A stretch of DNA of 64,000 bases, taken from positions 1 to 64,000 of the forward strand of contig JAVECO010000056.1 of assembly GCA_051942205.1 (NCBI GenBank), given 5' to 3'. The notes under the pieces are model-generated. The model saw nothing but the letters and a program-made list of their open reading frames with translations. It was not told the origin of the DNA and searched no databases. The stretch's first letter is position 1. Each line of letters starts with the position of its first letter. This DNA is from Coniocarpon cinnabarinum. Taxonomy: Eukaryota. Made by a program: the position numbers and the translations under genes. Positions 60,180 to 64,000 of this stretch are shown here, one piece after another.

Positions 60180-60345
60180 AGACTCGCGTCGAGGTCGGAA
60201 CCGGGAGGCTCACGCATCTCTCGGGGCGGGGTGGTCGCCTGCTTTGCACATCGCGGCGCGATTCGCACTTTGGGAATTCTCTTAAGTGGGGATCCCCCGG
60301 CACAATTTTTGATGGCACTCAGTGGGCTTTGTCCACGACACTCAC
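60180..60345 (+). ncRNA. Variant U1 snRNA with non-canonical 5' arm (AGACTCGCGT)
   Basis: Helix H GTCGG/CCGGC; SL1 CCGGGAG-GCTCACGCAT-CTCTCGG; SL2 loop TTTGCACATC; SL3 CACTT..AAGTG; Sm site AATTTTTG at 60304; SL4 GTGGGC-TTT-GTCCAC; TATA-like CTATAAG at 60127 plus CT tract. Confidence 0.78.
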
Positions 60346-60787
60346 TTTTCTTTTCGTTGAGTTTTTGGCTTGCGAGCCGGAGCTTGAGGAAGAAATGTAC
60401 CTGCCTTGCAGTGGTACGGACGCTCAGTACGTAGATTCACCCTTTTGTAATGACTGAAATTCGAATCCGCAGGATGTGGCAGCCACTGATCGCTTGAACC
60501 TTGCAGGTGACCTGCGGGGTGTTGCGGACATAGTCAAAGGCCGCGTGGCCTACCAAATCAGAGGTGTTTCAGGTGATAATGACGTTGTTGACGGCTTTTG
60601 CTTACCTAATAGCATTGTTTCCACGGTAGCACAAGGTGTTTTTGCGACTTATTATTGTCCCAGCTTACTCTCACTCTAATACTTTTGACACCAGCATCAA
60701 GTCGATCGGTTTTTTTGTTGGGACCATATAAGATTTGACCTTGTGCCTCCTCCAACACCGCATCACGATCAATCAGCAGCAGTCGCA

Positions 60788-61335
60788 ATGGCCGCTGCTT
60801 TCAACATTGTTGCCTTCGTCGACGAGCTTGCATGGGACGCTCGCGTCGCTGAGGCTGAGTTTTTCCTTTGCTGGGTGCGTTTCAAAAAGCATTACGAGCA
60901 GTAAGAATCTTGCTTCCTCTCGGATCTAATTATCAAATTGACCCTTTTCGTAGTGAATCTGCAGCAATGAGGCGCGGCGATATCGCTGCGGATGTGCAGT
61001 CGGCGTTCGCAAAAGACGCCACTGCAATTGCCGCCAAGATTGAGCATGCCGCAGAGCGGGTGCTGTCGAAACTGAGGGATGTGATCGCTACAGTCGTCCC
61101 TCTTGAACGAAACCGCAAGGACAGAATGGTTTCGTATTTGGTGTACGTCAAAGATCTGCACGTGGAGCTCAATTTAGCTCTCAAGCATGAATTTGGCGTC
61201 CAGATGATCCCCGAGACGGGGGGATTTGCTTGTTGTGGGCCGGGGGTGCCACTGTGGTGGCACAAATGCCGCATTGAAGACATGGGAAACCACTTCAATG
61301 TGAACGCTGATAAGGTCGTACTGGCTCAGTACTAG
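60788..61335 (+). CDS. Hypothetical two-exon protein (~164 aa); intron 60901-60953
   Basis: A GTAAGA..CTAAT..TAG intron joins MAAAFNIVAFVDELAW..HYEH to ESAAMRR.. in frame. Confidence 0.6.
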
Positions 61336-61347
61336 AGCCGGTGCAGC

Positions 61348-62253
61348 TCAGCCAGCCACATCAATTTCATCCATCGGCTCTGTGGGTTCCCGGGCCTCAT
61401 GGAATTGAACGCAGTCATCAATATAACTGAGCACGGCATCCACACTCTCTTCATTCTGGGCGTCAAGTTGCAGGAAGGACACCATACTAAAGTCATCAAT
61501 CAATTTTGCCACGGCCTGATTGAGACGCTGAAAAGATGGCCCCTCCACAACACTCCCAGCTCCGTCACGACCCTCCCCTGCATCACCCGGCACCGCAACG
61601 GTCCCATCATCACCTGGCATCTTGATAGGCCCGTCATCACCGATTTCGTCATCCAAAAGGTCGATACTTGGATCAATGTAGTGCTTTAATTCCTTACGCG
61701 ACACCTGACCCTTCACAAGATCCAATTTCGACAGAATATTGACATGGGGTAACTCCACCAATAACATCGCACTCATGGCTGAAAGAGTCCCAGCAAAGAA
61801 TTTCGCTCGATCCATCACAAAGGTTGCTTCCAGGAGGTACGCTGCACACATACGGATGTTCAACGACCCTTGCGTAAGAGTTTTGACGAGCTGTGGCACT
61901 ATTGGGACGTGCGTGTACAATTCAATCTGCCCTGGCATGTCGAAGATGATGAGGTACTCCTCCGAAACATCCTCTAACGGCTCCGTCAAGAGATCCACGT
62001 TCTCCATGAGGTGCTCGAAGCAATAGATGAGACCTCCGTTTGGCCCCAGGCCCTCTTCCTCCATCACATCGTCGACCGATATAATATCCCTGATGTCGAC
62101 ATCCGGCTCGTACGGGAAGTCTTCGGCTGCTGGATCAAGATTGACATACACACAAGAGCGCTTGCAATGACGAAGGTGTTGAATCAAGGCGCTACAGAAG
62201 GTACTCTTGCCCGCCCCAGCTGGGCCCATCACCATACAGCCGAACTTGCTCAT
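61348..62253 (-). CDS. GPN3: GPN-loop GTPase 3
   Basis: VMGPAGAGKSTFC, VNLDPAAE, LGPNGGLIYCFE, DMPGQIELYTH. Confidence 0.96.
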   Translation of the reverse strand: MSKFGCMVMGPAGAGKSTFCSALIQHLRHCKRSCVYVNLDPAAEDFPYEPDVDIRDIISVDDVMEEEGLGPNGGLIYCFEHLMENVDLLTEPLEDVSEEYLIIFDMPGQIELYTHVPIVPQLVKTLTQGSLNIRMCAAYLLEATFVMDRAKFFAGTLSAMSAMLLVELPHVNILSKLDLVKGQVSRKELKHYIDPSIDLLDDEIGDDGPIKMPGDDGTVAVPGDAGEGRDGAGSVVEGPSFQRLNQAVAKLIDDFSMVSFLQLDAQNEESVDAVLSYIDDCVQFHEAREPTEPMDEIDVAG

Positions 62254-62687
62254 GATGAGTGTGCTCAGGTCTTATCGTATCATGGATTAGATGCTTGGAT
62301 TCTGCGAGTTTGAGATAGTCACTCCAGATTTATGAATTGATGAACTTGCAGAGCAGTTGCCGTCGACTGTGGTGCCTTGAACGCAGTGCTTGCTGAGGCT
62401 TTTGGATTTCGATGGCTAGACTTCGTTGAATCGTAGGAGTGTATCTGCGTTGGCTCTTCTCTGTAAAGCTGGCCTTCTCGGTATTGGCTGTTCACCAACA
62501 CTTGCGACGCACGTGCCGTAGTCAGCGAATGACGGGCTGGCCTTGGGACTCAGGTTTACCCCAGCTCACCCCAGGGTCTGTGGAACCCTAATTACCTAAG
62601 CACCCAAAGCTACCCCGAGATGCGGGAATAGGCAACCCCTCCAGACCCGCAAGTCCGCAAAGCCGGGGTCGGGAGCCGATACGGCGA

Positions 62688-62697
62688 ATGGCATCAT
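62688..62697. promoter_or_regulatory. Possible CYS-3/MetR bZIP site upstream of SAM synthetase
   Basis: ATGGCATCAT fits the ATGRYRYCAT consensus, ~270 bp before the ATG; could be chance. Confidence 0.3.
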
Positions 62698-62966
62698 CCC
62701 TCAGCTTCAACCACAAATTCTTAATACCTCCATCCACCCTCCTCCCTCGCGTCCTCTGTTCTTGTTTCGATAGCCACTGTCCATAAACCCCCTACGCTCA
62801 CGTACTCTCATCAGACTCGCCTGCATCTCCCGTCTCCTCGAGCTTCTTTCCCTCACCAACTGAAAAAGACCGATACTGTGCCCCGCCAAAGCACATTCTG
62901 CACCCGTTGAGCTGTTCGCTTGACCGTGATCTTCTCATTTCTTGTCCTTTCACGCACACAAACATC

Positions 62967-64000
62967 ATGGCTGGCATAGTAAACGGCGTCAATGGCGCTG
63001 GCCCTGCTCACTCCTCTGGCACGTTCCTCTTCACCTCAGAATCAGTCGGCGAGGGTCACCCCGACAAGATCTGGTAAGAGCTCGTGCCTGCCTTGCAGTC
63101 TCACACGTAGCTGATTCAAGATCATGACAGCGATCAAGTATCCGACGCCATCCTGGATGCCTGTCTTAAGGAGGACCCGCTGTCCAAGGTCGCCTGCGAG
63201 ACGGCCACCAAGACCGGTATGATCATGGTCTTTGGTGAGATCTCCACCGCGGCGCGAATAGACTACCAGTCTGTCATCCGCAATGCCATCAAGGACATTG
63301 GCTACGACTCCTCGGAAAAGGGCTTCGACTACAAGACCTGCAACGTCATGGTTGCGATCGAGCAGCAGTCCAAGGAAATCGCAGAGGGCGTGCACGTCGA
63401 GAAGGCCCTTGAGAACCTCGGTGCTGGTGACCAGGGTATCATGTTTGGCTATGCGTCCGACGAGACACCCGAGATGCTGCCCCTTACCATTCAGCTGTCA
63501 CACAAGCTCAACAGCGCGCTCAAGGCCGCCCGACACGATGGCAGCATGCCATGGGTCAGACCGGACACGAAGACGCAAGTCACCGTGGAGTACAAGCACG
63601 ACGGTGGTGCGGTCGTGCCCGTGCGAGTCGACACTGTTGTCATCTCTGCACAGACCGACGACACCCTTACCATCGAACAGATCCGAAAAGGCTTGAAGGA
63701 GCTCATCCAGAGAGTCATCCCTAAGCAGTATCTCGACGACCGAACTGTCTACCACGTGAGTCCTGACTTCCATCATCTCCTAGCACAGCAGCTTCACGTC
63801 ACGTAGCACCGAATGGCTGTCACGCATCGTGCAGCTCCAGTTGAGCTTACGTCCCACAGATGCAACCTTCCGGCAAGTTCACCATCGGCGGCCCACAAGG
63901 TGACGCCGGTGTTACCGGCCGCAAAATCATTGTCGACACCTACGGCGGCTGGGGCGCCCACGGCGGTGGTGCCTTCTCCGGCAAAGACTACAGTAAGGTC
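62967..64000 (+). CDS. SAM1: S-adenosylmethionine synthetase (3' end outside window); introns 63074-63130, 63756-63859
   Basis: [61 protein letters not shown]. Confidence 0.97.

Noticed and set aside
1..64000. CRISPR arrays, rRNA, intact transposons, and the many antisense or shadow ORFs in the track
   Set aside because: Eukaryotic context with no repeat-spacer structure, rRNA motifs or transposase/RT domains; shadow ORFs overlap well-supported genes

Overview
Eukaryotic DNA from a filamentous ascomycete (Pezizomycotina-type: short GT-AG introns with CTRAY branch sites, CT-rich promoter tracts). Two blocks of conserved housekeeping genes are present. The left block (1-27.6 kb) holds ALG9, UTP20, a CwfJ/DRN1-like gene, HEM14, NAB2, a SLC35C2/YMD8-like transporter, CUL3 and ZIM17. 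The right block (47-64 kb) holds NAF1, an MTF2-like gene, PEX7, CMR1, a CUE-AlkB-GRF gene, CNS1, GPN3 and SAM synthetase. They flank a ~19 kb accessory zone with decayed coding sequence (including a PCF11 zinc-finger fragment), a degenerate ~160-bp array, tRNA-like loci, a tandem pair of small fungal proteins and an intact AGC-anticodon tRNA that lacks the G3:U70 alanine identity pair. The most striking signal is a head-to-head pair of U1-like Sm-class snRNA genes at 59.76-60.35 kb. One has the full U1 cloverleaf but a re-coded 5' arm (ACUCGC instead of ACUUAC), complementary to GC/GU-GAGU donors. The other is a mini-U1 with only the U1-70K loop, Sm site and 3' stem-loop. A third Sm-site RNA candidate lies next to the odd tRNA, and two GC-AG introns occur in the window. 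All calls come from reading the sequence by eye; no database search or folding program was run.
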